Source: Azolla caroliniana (lineage: Eukaryota > Plantae > Polypodiophyta). Taken from it: 64,000 bases of DNA. The position numbers and the translations under genes are program-made. The notes under the pieces were generated by a model. It was given only the letters and a program-made list of their open reading frames with translations. It was not told where the DNA came from and ran no database searches. Where the stretch lies: the NCBI GenBank assembly GCA_043228905.1, contig JBHGNT010000005.1, positions 3,596,001 to 3,660,000 of the forward strand. The letters run 5' to 3'. Shown here piece after piece: positions 1 through 12,900 of the stretch (position 1 is its first letter; each line of letters opens with the position of its first letter).

Positions 1-856
1 TATATTTCACATCATGTGTTGCCTTACACGATTATCATGGGCTGAGATACTACTCGTTTCACAAGAAAATACTTAACCAGTTTGTTGGCAAGTCTAGGCA
101 AGAAATTGAAGTTTAGTAGAGGAGAACATCTTATGACAAATCGTCAGATTGAAAGAGTTAACCAAGTATTTTTAGATATGTTGAGGGCATCTGTGTTTGT
201 CTGTCAAGGGCTGGGAAAGTTGTTTGTATTGCCTAAGTTTGCATATAACTCGTGAAAGTATTCGATGATGGCGTTCTCCCTGTTTAAGCTGAATTATGGG
301 GTTCAGCTAGCTTGTCCATATTTGATAGAATTAAATAGTTGTAATCAAGTGTCTAACAATATTGAAGGGTATGTTGGATATTGCTAAGACAAATAATCCA
401 ATTTTCTATGGATTTGAGTGACATATTTTGCCAACAGGAAATGTACTGCTAGATCATTTGATGTAGGAGAATGAGTGTATTTGTTGATTACTCCATTTAT
501 TGGATCTGCTATCAAGCAGCATAAGCCATCTCTAAGATTTTGTGGTTTGTGGATGACCATAAAGAATATAGGAGAGGTTGCCAATAAACTAGATTTATTA
601 AGATGTCATATCCATTTTGTATTGCATGTTAGTAGATTGAAGAAGTGTTTGAAAGTAGTACGGTGGATGGTACTGTGAAATTGCAGAGTCCTTTACTTGT
701 GGATTTGGGGCCAATGATATCCTTGAAATCCAAGTGAAGAAATTGAGAATTGTACTTTTGGTCAGCCTCTATCTAATGATATTTAGGAATATGAGCATAC
801 TTCGGAAGGCATTTCTAAACTTCATCATTGAGGATGATAAATCCTATAGGGGAGGA
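1..856 (+). mobile_element. Decayed Ty3/gypsy integrase C-terminal region ending at a polypurine tract
   Basis: Translates to EHLMTNRQIERVNQVFLDMLRASV (cf. HPQTDGQTERVNQ..EDMLR), FAYN, and SLRFCGLW..IGEVANKLDL..IHFVLHVSRLKK. PPT AGGGGAGGA at 848-856 is followed by TG, a probable 3' LTR start at 857. Many stops and frameshifts. Confidence 0.8.
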
Positions 857-1039
857 TGTTATGTCATGATTGAAAGTGGCATGGGGCCATTCTAAGATGT
901 CCTTGGGTGTCCATGTTTACACAAGGGGGTGGACTTGCATAATAACTATTATGCATGGGGGCTACTATATAATGGCATGTTCTATGGCTGGGAGGATAAG
1001 CCTAAGCACACACCCAAACTAAAGTGGGTATTTATAAGG

Positions 1040-1690
1040 ACCCAACAGTTAATTTCTAGATGATTGCATGTGTTGCCAAATGCATAATATGCTCTCTTTC
1101 CCACCTCTCAATGACGGGTAGCACATTCATTCCATCTATGATTTGAAGGAACTTCAAGGCCAAAATATTTAAAGCAGTCCACTATATCAAGTGGCTCATT
1201 ATTGTATACAATGCATTGTTTATCTTTATTTTGTCTCTTCACAAACATAATCTTTGTTTTAGAGCTATCGACACTCAATTTAGTATGCATGCAAAAAACT
1301 TCTAATGCTCTTGTAAGCTTTTGTGCATCTCCGAAAGTATTTGAAAAAGTATCATATCATCTGCCAACAACAAAAGCATGATGACTACATTCCCAATTAC
1401 AACTCTGTCAATATCTTTTTCCGTTACAAACTTGTCAAGCATCTGTTCTAATTTATCAATGCATAGACCAAATAGAGTTGGAGAGAGTGGGGATCCTTGC
1501 TTAACACCAATACTGCTATTGAAATGCTATACTGTTTTCCAAAGACAACTTGTCTACAAGCTCTCTTTTCATTGTTTCTAACGTATGCACTTACCTTTGA
1601 TTCTATTATACATTCAAATAGTGTTGCCATTAGTGAGCTGATTGTGATGATTCAATACTTATTTACATGTATTCCTTTATGTAAAGGTTT
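1040..1690 (-). mobile_element. Non-LTR retrotransposon (LINE) reverse transcriptase fragment
   Basis: Minus strand reads IGVKQGSPLSPTLFGLCID, LLLADDMI (YADD box), KTKIMFV..FKYFGLEV. Frameshifted. Confidence 0.85.
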
Positions 1691-2264
1691 GATCTAATTC
1701 GTAGTCTAGTCGTAAGGCATGCCATATTGCAATGCATGATTAAATACATTACTCATCCATGCATGTGCTTCCTTTATTGTCCATTTGAGCATTTGGCCGT
1801 TATACATTGGAGATCTCTTGCCTTTGGAGAGGCAAATTTCTTAAGTTGTATGCATATATCTTCAATTGTAATGAAGGGAGGTACGTGAAAAAGAACCTTA
1901 ACACAATCTTTTCAGCAATTGATAGCTCATATAGTATCTTACATGGATAAACAAGTTCATAAGAGTTAGTCACCATAACTCTCGACACATTTCCCTTTAA
2001 ATTTCCCCAAAATTTAGCGCATGCATATGCTTTCTCTTGGAGTATGGAGAAATTCTTGAGTAACTTCCCATATTCTTCTCTTTCATTGAAAAAGTCTTTT
2101 GTATTCATGCAAATGCTTTTGATCATTTGTCGTATCCTTAACTACATCCAAATTCAAAAGGCACTTTCAAACTTCATTTGCATTCTAGTGTGACACTATG
2201 TTACATTCTAGAGAGTTAGAGAGAGAGAGAGGGACACTTATGACACGATTAGGTCATGACGGTA

Positions 2265-2745
2265 AGATTCCCAAATAAATTCGATGGGACGTTTGTAGAA
2301 TTGTATGAATTTAGTAACCATGTCTGACTCATCGTCAAAGTCCAACCTTGGCATCACCTAATCACTTCAGCCAGGTTGGTCACATTGGCATCCTTTTTGT
2401 CAGGACTGATAAAAACTCGGTTTGGCTCATTGGTAGAGACTTCTTCACCACGCTTTGAGGATTACTTTGCTTTTCATGCTGAATTTGAAGTCACCTTTGG
2501 TGAATCCAATAAATGACGAACCTCTCTTATCAAACTCTACATCCTTAATAGGATCTCTAAAAACCTTAGCTTAGGCATCAGAATTCTGTCAGCTCATCTG
2601 TGATGTCAACTGGGATGAGCAAAATCTCCTGAACCAAATCATCTGTGGAGCCAGCCAGTTACATGAAAAACCTCCTGCCCAACATCAACAAACTAACTTC
2701 TTTGAACCAGGCCATCATCCAGGCTAATGAGTTAGGATAACCAGT
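2265..2745 (+). mobile_element. Decayed Ty3/gypsy gag fragment
   Basis: KFDG..LASFLSG..FGSLVETSSP..F.AFHAEFEVTFG..ASEFCQLICDVNWDEQ matches the retrotransposon gag pattern. In-frame stops present. Confidence 0.65.
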
Positions 2746-4479
2746 TGTTCTAGTTCCCCCAAGAACAATTTTCTACCCAGCAGTTCCCACATGTCATGGT
2801 TGGTCAAGAAAAGAAGAGCAAAAGAGAGGCTCTTGTTGTATAGAGAGAAAATGAGAAGAAGCTCATTATATTGTCTAGAGGTAATATAAACAATGTATCA
2901 AAATTGTTTCCGTGTTTCTTAATATTCGACAATAAGTTATCATAATCTCAGAATTACATTAGGCAAAGCATACTAGTTGAAGGAATGTCCATGATTTTGC
3001 TCGAGCAAAATGTAATTCTATAGAGTGAGCACATGTTTCCAAATATAATGCTGGAACCATTTATGATAATTTATAATGCATTTCTTTTGGGTGATTGTTG
3101 GATTATAGGAGGTATCGTCCTAGGTATATACATTGGACACATACATGTACGTACCATAGGCTTCAATAAAGGTGAAGCTTCATCTGTATGCTCCAAGGTG
3201 TTTCTTCTTCCACACTTGTAACTTCTTGGAGAGCCTTCAATCGGTAAAGCACAAGCATTGCCTTTCAATCAAAGTGCTCACCTTTATTATTTCGGCACTT
3301 ATTCCCATAATTTCTTCATTGAGGTTCTGCTATCAAATGATTCCCCATATAAATCCTATCTCCTCCAAAGGGTCAAGGTTTAGTTTTGGAGTATGGGGGT
3401 GTGCATATGGTATAACTATAGAAAACAAAAATCTCTTCAGTTAATGCATGTATGAAATCCTTATTAAATGATATATACATAAGTTTGAAATTTTCATGAA
3501 TAAATAACTACTTCATTCTTCTTAGCTTGATATTACAGATTCAAATTCAAAACTGGTTGCATCTCGTAGAACCCAGATTATAATTCTTGCAAACAAACCA
3601 AGTGGTAATTCAATAGGCTAAGGTGGTCCCTTATTAGAGCCATGTGATAGGTGGCAGAGGTAATCTTCTCCTCTTCATTGGAATTTGGATTATGAAGTAG
3701 GTGGCATTTGTCTGCAAATCAGCCCTAGTCTTACTATTGGAATAACCAAAACTAGCTGCTAGTTTGTAGCAAATGTCATTGGGGCTTTTCCAGGTTGACC
3801 TTGGCCCCTTATTCAATTAAGATCTGATTATCACTGATAGTGAAGATTGTAACTGCCAGCCGCTCCTTCCCAATTAATTAGCTTGTGAGCTAACAACTAC
3901 TAGTTAGTGGTCTCAAACCAGCTTGGAATCCCAACCACACCACCCCCCCACTTGCATCTAATTTCTCTCTATATAACCATTCTACTGCCGCCATTGTATG
4001 TTAGGCCACTTGCATACCTTTAGTTTCAATTAACACGTTTCCCTTCCATAGCATCTTGACCTTGGTTAGCATGAGTAATTGTTTGAATGAGTTATATGGT
4101 GTGCCTCTGTTGAATGCCAATAACACTACGTTCATATTAACTTCATCGAGAGAAAGAGGGGATTATGTGTATAACCAATCCCTTCTTTCAGTAGCTAATT
4201 CAAGTCTCTAGTCTAGTGAAACCTTGTATATACATGCAGGCTTTCATAGTTCTTGCAGTTATTTAAATATTGGGTCAAAATCATGCTGAGCATTATATTC
4301 ATTAGATTTGTTTACAAATAAATATGTAGACTCTTTAGAAGGTCCTAACATAAAATATATATTTGTGATTAGTGAAGAGTTGAAATATTACAATACGCGT
4401 CACTCATGCATGGTTGAATGCCTTTAATACTTACATAGTAACTTTTTTGTAGTGTTCCACGTTGTTGAAGCGACACTTT

Positions 4480-7400
4480 GAGTAATAGACAAGCTAGCCA
4501 AACTTAAGAGAAGATGAAATTATGAAATAGAGGGACACCCGCAATACTTGGAAAAGCCAATGTCCACTGGTTTACGATCTACTAGGATGATTGTAATTTT
4601 TTTTAAAAAGATTTAAGGTGATCTCAATAATCTCTCCAAAGATGGTACACAGTAACATGTTTTCATAAATCTTGTTTCATAGTTTATACAAACAAAAAGG
4701 TTTGACCAATCACAAACTCAATGTTTGAAACTCGCTTATGAATGATCACAATACGACAACAACTTAGTTGTGTGATATTTTACTTATCCTAATGAAGGCA
4801 AGGGAACCATGATAAAACAGACGTAACCAAAAAGCATGTAAAAGTCGAACTATGAGGAGAAATAATGGCATGTTGTCGAGGGAGAGTAACATATTTAATT
4901 TCTTTCATATGGTGTGAACTAGATCTTGCAACGATGTTATTTCATTCTCTCTATTCATGTGAGGTATTACATGTATGTGGTACAAAAGTGCTTTGAGCAT
5001 GACAAAGGGAAAGTTAGATTGTATTAGTATGTTATGATGGTGATATGTAATAATATAAATTGTAGCGAAGGTTGCCTTGGGTTTGCAAAACTACACAAAG
5101 GTTGTTTAGAATGATCTAAGAGAATATGTATGTTTGTGAATGGACAAATTCGTTGAAGTATTTAGAGTTAACATATAAGTATTATTTTTATCATGGTCAT
5201 GGGAGCTATAGGTTGCTAGGTTGGCAAAATGGCATATGCATCTATTAAAAGGAGGCAAGAAGAGTGAGAATTTGAAGCAATCCAAAAATTTATGCCAATT
5301 GCAATTTATCAATTAGTTCACAAACTTTAGCAACTTTAATCAAAGGCAAGTGCCATGGCCCTTGATTTTCATGCACGCTAACAATTACTTATTTAACCTT
5401 AGGTAGCTAGACAAGCTTGGAAAATGCACACAGATATGGGCATATTATATAGTTAGATATTGAAGCATATGCTTTATATTTCTAGAATCTATATATTTAG
5501 TAGAAAAATGATGGCCTTAAGTTAAGACTACAAATCGATCATTACAAATTTTGTCTCCTCTTTTTTGCTAGTAATATTCTTTTTCAACCATCAATATGTT
5601 TCCTTACTTCAATTTGTTAAAAACTCTCATTATTGTTCAATAATGTTGTGCTACTAACTATTCACCTAGACAGATGCGTCGAAATCCAATTCTATGGGGT
5701 ACATGTTAAATGTTTATCACTATAGGATGAGAGTGCAAGATAAAACAAGCTTGGATGATATTAGGGAACCCCTTAGATATAAATTATTGTGAAAGATATA
5801 AATTTCCCTTTTGTTTTATGTTGATCAAGTTTTATTATTGACAGCAGACACAATGCTTCAAATGATTAAATTATCATTGAACTTGTTATAGACATTGGTT
5901 TTTGAGCATTGATATTGATGTGAACAAATTTTTGGGCTTTAACGTTTGCCCTCGAGCCTTTAAACTAGTAACAAACACACTTGCAAACCTTGATTAAAAT
6001 ATGTTCCATAAGCAACTTAGTTCAATTGTCCAAATATCTAGTGTACAACTTTGAATCAAAGAATCTAATACATTTTTGTACATCTCAAGATGCTCATGCA
6101 CAAATTCAAAAGTTTGCATTTCATTTAACCGAATATTATCCCTTCATACATCATCAAGTCCTATCTTATATATAAACTAATAAAGATATATTCTTCAAAT
6201 ATGAAATATTAGATTGTAATGAGTCATTTTGTGTATAGAACTTATATGCACTAAAAATAAAGTATCACGTATGTTATCAAGAGTATGTGTGTGTCACGCG
6301 TTGACTATAAAGTGGAAGGAAAGTTTATTTAATTACCAACTAGTCATCTTGGGTTCGTAACAATATCAACAACTTATACAACCCATCGTTTTAACCATAA
6401 TTTAAATAAGTGTATAGTTTAATTCAAACCCACATTCTTATGATATATAGAAATATTTTGCTTATGCGTTTATGGGCTTATGAAAGATGCAATTGGAAGT
6501 GGACCACACAAAATTCTATTGCAAGTTTAGCTTGAAAACCGAGGATGCATATATCATAAAATGTAACGGTGGAGTATTTTGATGGATGTTGCAAAATGGA
6601 AGGGCCAAGATCATGTACACACAATAGGATGTGTTGCTTATCTACAACAAAATGGATACAAACATCTCCATGAGAACTACATGTTTGTATGGTATATGAG
6701 AGGATAAATATTTACATCACATGCAAACATAGAGTATGTGCTTTCAAGTTTCCATAACAAAGAACAAACCATCATGATATAGAGTGTGGAATCTATATAA
6801 CAAATGGGAGTAAACAAATTCATACAAGAATCACCATAATTGTGAAGGAGAAGGTGTTGTGATTTTATGGGATTTATTTGTGCTCTAATAAGTATGTGGT
6901 TTGTAGTGTGTCTTGCACACCAAAGTGGAGCCATTAGACCTATTGGCATGCCTCCCTTAATTAAATTGTTATGGAAACAAAGACTCATGAACTTGTATTC
7001 GGTTTGGATATATTTACAGACATCCTATCAAAACAATGTGTTTTTTTACTTTTGGGTCCCATTTTGCTTCATAGAATTATAACGTGAATATCCATGTTAA
7101 AATACTTGTATCCCACATATTTATATGGGGGCTAATAGAATCAAACGTTGGGTACCCTTGTTTAACCTTATTTGTGGTGGGTGTGGCACATGGGTTCAAC
7201 ACAATTGATTATTTAAGTCGTACCTTTTGTGATGGAGTTTACACACAAGTTATCTTGCTGATTTGCCCTTATTTATAGATTAGGGCATCTTTTTAAATTC
7301 CAAGTGTAATTGTCACGCATGTATTATTTATGGATTGGCAACTACTTTGTGTGCAAATGTGTGTGTGTGTGTGTGAAGTATAGAACCATTAAATATTATT

Positions 7401-9010
7401 GGCATTAGTTCATTATGGTCGACTCAAGATTCACAATAAAGCCTTGGGTAGCTCTATATGTACTATATAGCAATGCTCTTTTGGGGCCCCATATAAATAC
7501 AATACACAAATACAATCCTATCGAAGACGCTCATGGACCATTGTGATGGTCATGGTCATATTATTTTGTGTATTGATAAATGTCACACAAAGGAGGGTGT
7601 ATGCATGCAATGAGAATGGTTGCACAATTCAACCTTATTCAAGTTAGGTATTGTAAATTAATTCATGATATAAAGTGAAGGATTCTAGAGCCTTTATTAG
7701 GCGTACATGCGTCGAAATAGGGTGTACAAAGGCAAGAGTTTTATTTACATTTGGGTGGACCCTTCGGCTTCAAAGAAATACAAGACAAATACCAATGTAC
7801 AAAAGTAGCATGGTGCACATGGTGTTTGGGGGGGGGGGGGGGGGGGGGGGAGGGTAATTGAACTCAATTTCTGTTTGTGTTCCCTTTTCTTCCAATCAAA
7901 CACCTCATCATCCAACTATTGAAAAAAAGTTAACAAAAATTAAACCTTATGTGCTAAAGCACAATGTGATGCATGACCTCGTATATACAAAGAGAGCAAT
8001 GAATACATTAGCCTTCAATCCAAAGAAGAGGGAGAGAAAAAGCATGATAAGTACCATGTGGCATTGGTAACTAGAAAATTATGAATATATAATGGCGTGG
8101 ACAATTAGTATTTGCAACATTTCGTACATATTCACGGCGTTAACTTTTAAGTTTCTAACACTATGCTTTCAAGCGCAATCATTACGTGCAAAAGAAACAT
8201 TCGAAACAAAAGTAACCCATTCTAATATTAATTTGTTTTAGTGCTTTTCAAACAAGGCTTTCAAACACGATAGGTTGCTTCTCAAAGACTACAATCATAG
8301 ATGTGATCACTATTACAAATGTCGCATACAACCACCTCAAGGGAGAGTCACTTTATGTAGGACCCCTATGCACTCAATGCATATTGGGAGGAAACTTTCT
8401 CATGGATTTTTCAAAAATAAAAAGCATTATTTTCCTGTACAATTTGCTTGTTATCCATTTGAATGATATCGTTTTGTCACTAAATAAGGCATTCCATGTT
8501 AAGATTTTTATATTTTTAGTTTGCTACCTTACTTTATTAACTTGTATGTGTATACTACTAGCTTGTATTCTATCGACTTCCAATGTTTTTGTGTATGTTT
8601 CTACGTTTTACCCTATCAACTTGTAAGGATTATGAGTACCCTCAAAAGGATTATGTGTATACTCCACAAATTGAAATAGTTGCCTACTTCCCATATAATA
8701 CAAGGAAGAATCTATTGTCTATCGGTGAAAAAATGTATCTAATCCTAATAGGAGTATTATTGGATTGAGAATTCACTTATGTCCATGGATAATATGTTCG
8801 ACTCCTTGAGGATCTCACGAGAATATTAATGCAGTCATATATGTTAGTATGCTTGAAATGTGTGAGATGTGAGAACCTAAGCTTGTAACACTACTAGAGT
8901 CTTAGTTTTGTAGAATGGGGTAGCCTATTAATAAGTGCACTCAAGAAAGACATGTCAAATGATCCATGCATGATTTACACCAACGTAAACTTATTAGGAA
9001 CGTGATGAGA
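4480..9010 (+). mobile_element. Scattered, heavily decayed Ty3/gypsy pol relics
   Basis: Degenerate motifs: RQA..YEI..LGKANV (about 4490-4565, RNase H end), GSYRL (about 5200), DYLSR (about 7205), EWGSLL..KKD..C (about 8910-8990, RT start). Probably several separate old insertions. Confidence 0.4.
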
Positions 9011-9857
9011 TTAAGAAGAACACATAAAAGTGGGAGATAATTATCTTAACTTGAGCAAACGTAGGAAAAAAGATGTTTCAAATACAAGAAGTGTGGGTTC
9101 TCATCCCTTCCACATGTAAAAAGTAAAAGTTTCGACCATCACTAACTATTGCAAATAAATGTTGCCACAAGAAGGTGTTTAACAATATAAAACCAAACAT
9201 CGGATATCATACATATGTACAATAATGTGTCCTATATATCAATAAATATATGACAATGATGGAATGGATGTGGACAATTGCCAAATTGGGATTCCTTGGA
9301 GAATATATGATTCATAGTTGTAGAAAATACACGCATGCTTAGAAAGGTAGTTGTCTAATGCATAGGTATGTGTACACAACAATCATACAATGTTTATTGG
9401 GCTATTCGCTACTACACAAGGGCATTCGATATAGGGGTAGCTAATAGGAGAGTGTGCAAGGACGTTGACTATTGTGAAAGATCATGTCGCACTAATGAAG
9501 ATGCTTATATTAGTGTCGTGAGTAGTTTTCGATATAAGTAGTTGACATCATGATTAATGTGTTACGCAGAGTTGCGATCAGTTTGTCCCTCCCTAGATAA
9601 CGAATAACTAATTAGGTTATCTAAACGAGTTTGACAAACATTGGGAAACCCATGGGTGGAACAATGTGGATAAATAAGAATTGGTGTTGACAGGAGCCAA
9701 TGAGTTATATTTGGTTTTTGACCCAGCACAGGTAGTGGAAGCATGGGAGGGATGATGGATGGTTTTTGGAACATATGCATGAGAAAGGGGACTTCCCTTG
9801 ACCAAGGGCGTTTTTGTTCTTTGTTAGAAAAGGCGTGTGATGGTAATATGGTTATGT

Positions 9858-9859
<2 letters not shown>

Positions 9860-9900
<41 letters not shown>
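9860..9900. repeat. (TG)n microsatellite
   Basis: About 20 perfect TG units. Confidence 0.95.
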
Positions 9901-9904
<4 letters not shown>

Positions 9905-12900
9905 GGTTATGTTATGTGTGTGTGGCTTTAACTAACGAACAAATTAAATAATTAAATAATTAGCTAATTAATAATTAATAATTAGAATAGGAGAGAGCTG
10001 TTGGTTTTCTTTTGGAATAATGCATGGAAAAAAGGAAGAAGAGGGAGAGAAAGGTGTGTAGTGTATGAAGGAATGAATTTTGTGTAACGGACGACGCTGC
10101 ACGACACGCTCCGTCTCCTTCATTCCTTTTTTCCTGCTAACCTTCTCTCTCTCTCATCCGTTACTTTTTACTATCTCTCCCTTTTTCTCCTCTCTTCACT
10201 CGCGACTGCCCAACAAAAAATAATAATAACACCATGAACCAAAAAAAGAAACCACTTTTAGAGATAATGCATATAGAAATAAGTACGCACACGCACACAC
10301 ACGCACAAGCAAAAGCAAAAAAGAAGAACGCTATCAACTTTTGAGAGAGTGGGATGTGTAGATGACTCTGACTATGTACATTGTACATCAATCTTCTTCT
10401 TCTTCCTTACTTTTTCTTCTTCTTTTTTAACTCCTCCAACTCTCTATCAATCCATAACTTTCTCTCCCAAGTGCCCCTGCATTGCATGCGTGCATTTGAC
10501 GCATGGCAAATGACGAGTATGTGTGTGTGTGAGAGAGAGATAGAGATAGAGATAGAATGTGTGTGTGTTTAGAATTGGCTACAAGTGAGCCACCTCTATG
10601 TCCCTACATTTTTTTTACAGAGTGTAGCCCAAATCATAATTTTATAAACTCGACAACTCTCAATCGTTCTACATCTTTCTGAGTCATTGTGTGTGGTGTG
10701 CGCCGTTCTGTGTGTTTGTGTGTGCGTGGGTCCAGTGGGTGGGCATTCGTGTTTTGTGCATTGCTATAGACATGTGCATCAGTGAGTATTTATAATTGCT
10801 TGTACAATACCTCTTTGTCACTACCTTGTGTCGTGGGTTCCCACCATTTCCAAACGTCCCCCACCACTGACAGACAAAAAAGTGTGTATGTCTATAATGG
10901 TATGAATCATGATAGTATCTACGCTATACGAGGCTATGTTAGTGTCATGCGTTGTTTGGATTTGTTGAATAATGTCATTAGAAAGCTATTGGGGTATTAT
11001 GAAAACAAAAATAAAGGACAAATTCTCTCTCCTTATGTAGAGAAAAAAGTGCTTATGTCTATCTAACTACATCGTTTAATCTCACAAAGTAACTACAATA
11101 GTTTGCTTCAAACATATAAAGTTGCTATTAATAAGCATCCTAACAAAAGAATAGAATTCCAATTGTTAAACATAAAAATCCTAGGTGTTATATTGGGTGC
11201 ACTTTTGTTGTACACCCTCTAATTTGCTAGTGTGTCAAAATGGGAATGTGGGATTGTTTTTCCTTTTGCTCTGATCACATTGTCATGTACAATAAAGTCA
11301 TATTGTAGGCTTATCAGTTGTTAATCCAAAAAGGCAATTTTGAAACTAACAATTTCGTACAATTATAGCACCAATATACACTTTGTAATCAGAGTCCAAG
11401 GGTGATTTTGAGTAACGACTAACACTTATAGAACAATTGGAGGTTTTGATGGAATACTTTTTTGTTATATCTGACATGGTTATGTCAATATTGCAATTAT
11501 GTTAGGCTTCTCATTGATCCACGTAGCAAGTACAATCCTTTGAACATTATATGTGCAATAATGGCAATCTTAAGTGACTATCCACAATTCAAGATCTTTG
11601 ATTTTGATTGAATAAATTTGTATCCATGCCACAATTTCCTATAAGATTTTCCTTTTTGGTTCTCATAACAAGCACAATATCGCCATCACCGCGTGCTTGC
11701 ATTTGGCAAGGTGATTTTGACTTTATCAACAAAGGAGATAACATGGCTAGAGTCTGGATTGAATTAACTTTTCCATATCCCCCCATTTACATTATTTTTC
11801 GTTTTGTCTACATAGCAATTACATTAATGTCATCACCGAAATATTATTAGAAATGGCAATAAAATATGACATTGACTAGTCTACATCAATACAATTGTGA
11901 AGATAATGATGACTAACATATATCACTAAAGCTTTAGTAATATCTCTTGGACAAACAAACTCATTGACATGCCAAACTGCATTGAATAAATTATTTGTCC
12001 AACAAAGATTCAATTAGCAATAAAGGCAAGGAATGCATGATTATTTTTCTTATTTTGAAATTCATACAACATATGTCATGTTCTCATGTAATTATAAGGA
12101 GTGACACATATAATTGGGATAGGAGAGGGTTACACCATTAATAGTTTTACTTTTAAGGTAATGGTGATGAGGGAGATAATGTCGCCTTGAACTAATTGGT
12201 TACTTTTTGGTTTATCCATTTACTAGAAGTTAGAATATTAATGTGCCTATGCATCTTAGAATATGAGTAAAATATTTACTTTGACCTATGATTATTAATT
12301 GTTGTACAAAATAACTATGGAACATGACAACAAAGTCCCAAATCCTTGGGTTGCCTAATGCTTTTATGAGATTTTAGACCTTGAATCTAATATGTTCCCC
12401 CTTTAAGGTCAAGGTGTGGCCATCCATTTGTTTAGCAATGCAATTTGTAGAATTTATATAAAGAAAACACAAGCTTCATGAATCATAATCATAACACTTA
12501 GATTATTAAGAGATTATTCCATGGTTATATTAAAAAAGTAGACACTGAAAGACTAACCATATGTGTCAACCTCGTTTCCACCACGAGATTGTATCCCGCA
12601 TTTAAATTGCGTGCCACTTCCACGAGTTGCATTTTTTGGGAAGTCTTTTCAGATGATAAATGAAACATTTTAACGAAATTGTAACATCTTATGATGTTCA
12701 AATAGCTAACAATGACTTTTCTTTAAATTATATATCATATTGTGAAATAATGTTCAAGAATATGAGCAAATTTCTTATTACATGTAATTAACAATAAGAA
12801 ACACTACTCATGTCAAAGAAGGCTCTAAAGACTTAACCAAACTTGTATGTAAATGATTGGCAAAAGCAATGCTCCTATGCGACAATGGTCTAGTGTTTGT

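Noticed and set aside
1800-2126. 108-aa minus-strand ORF
   Set aside because: No recognisable motif; lies among TE fragments.
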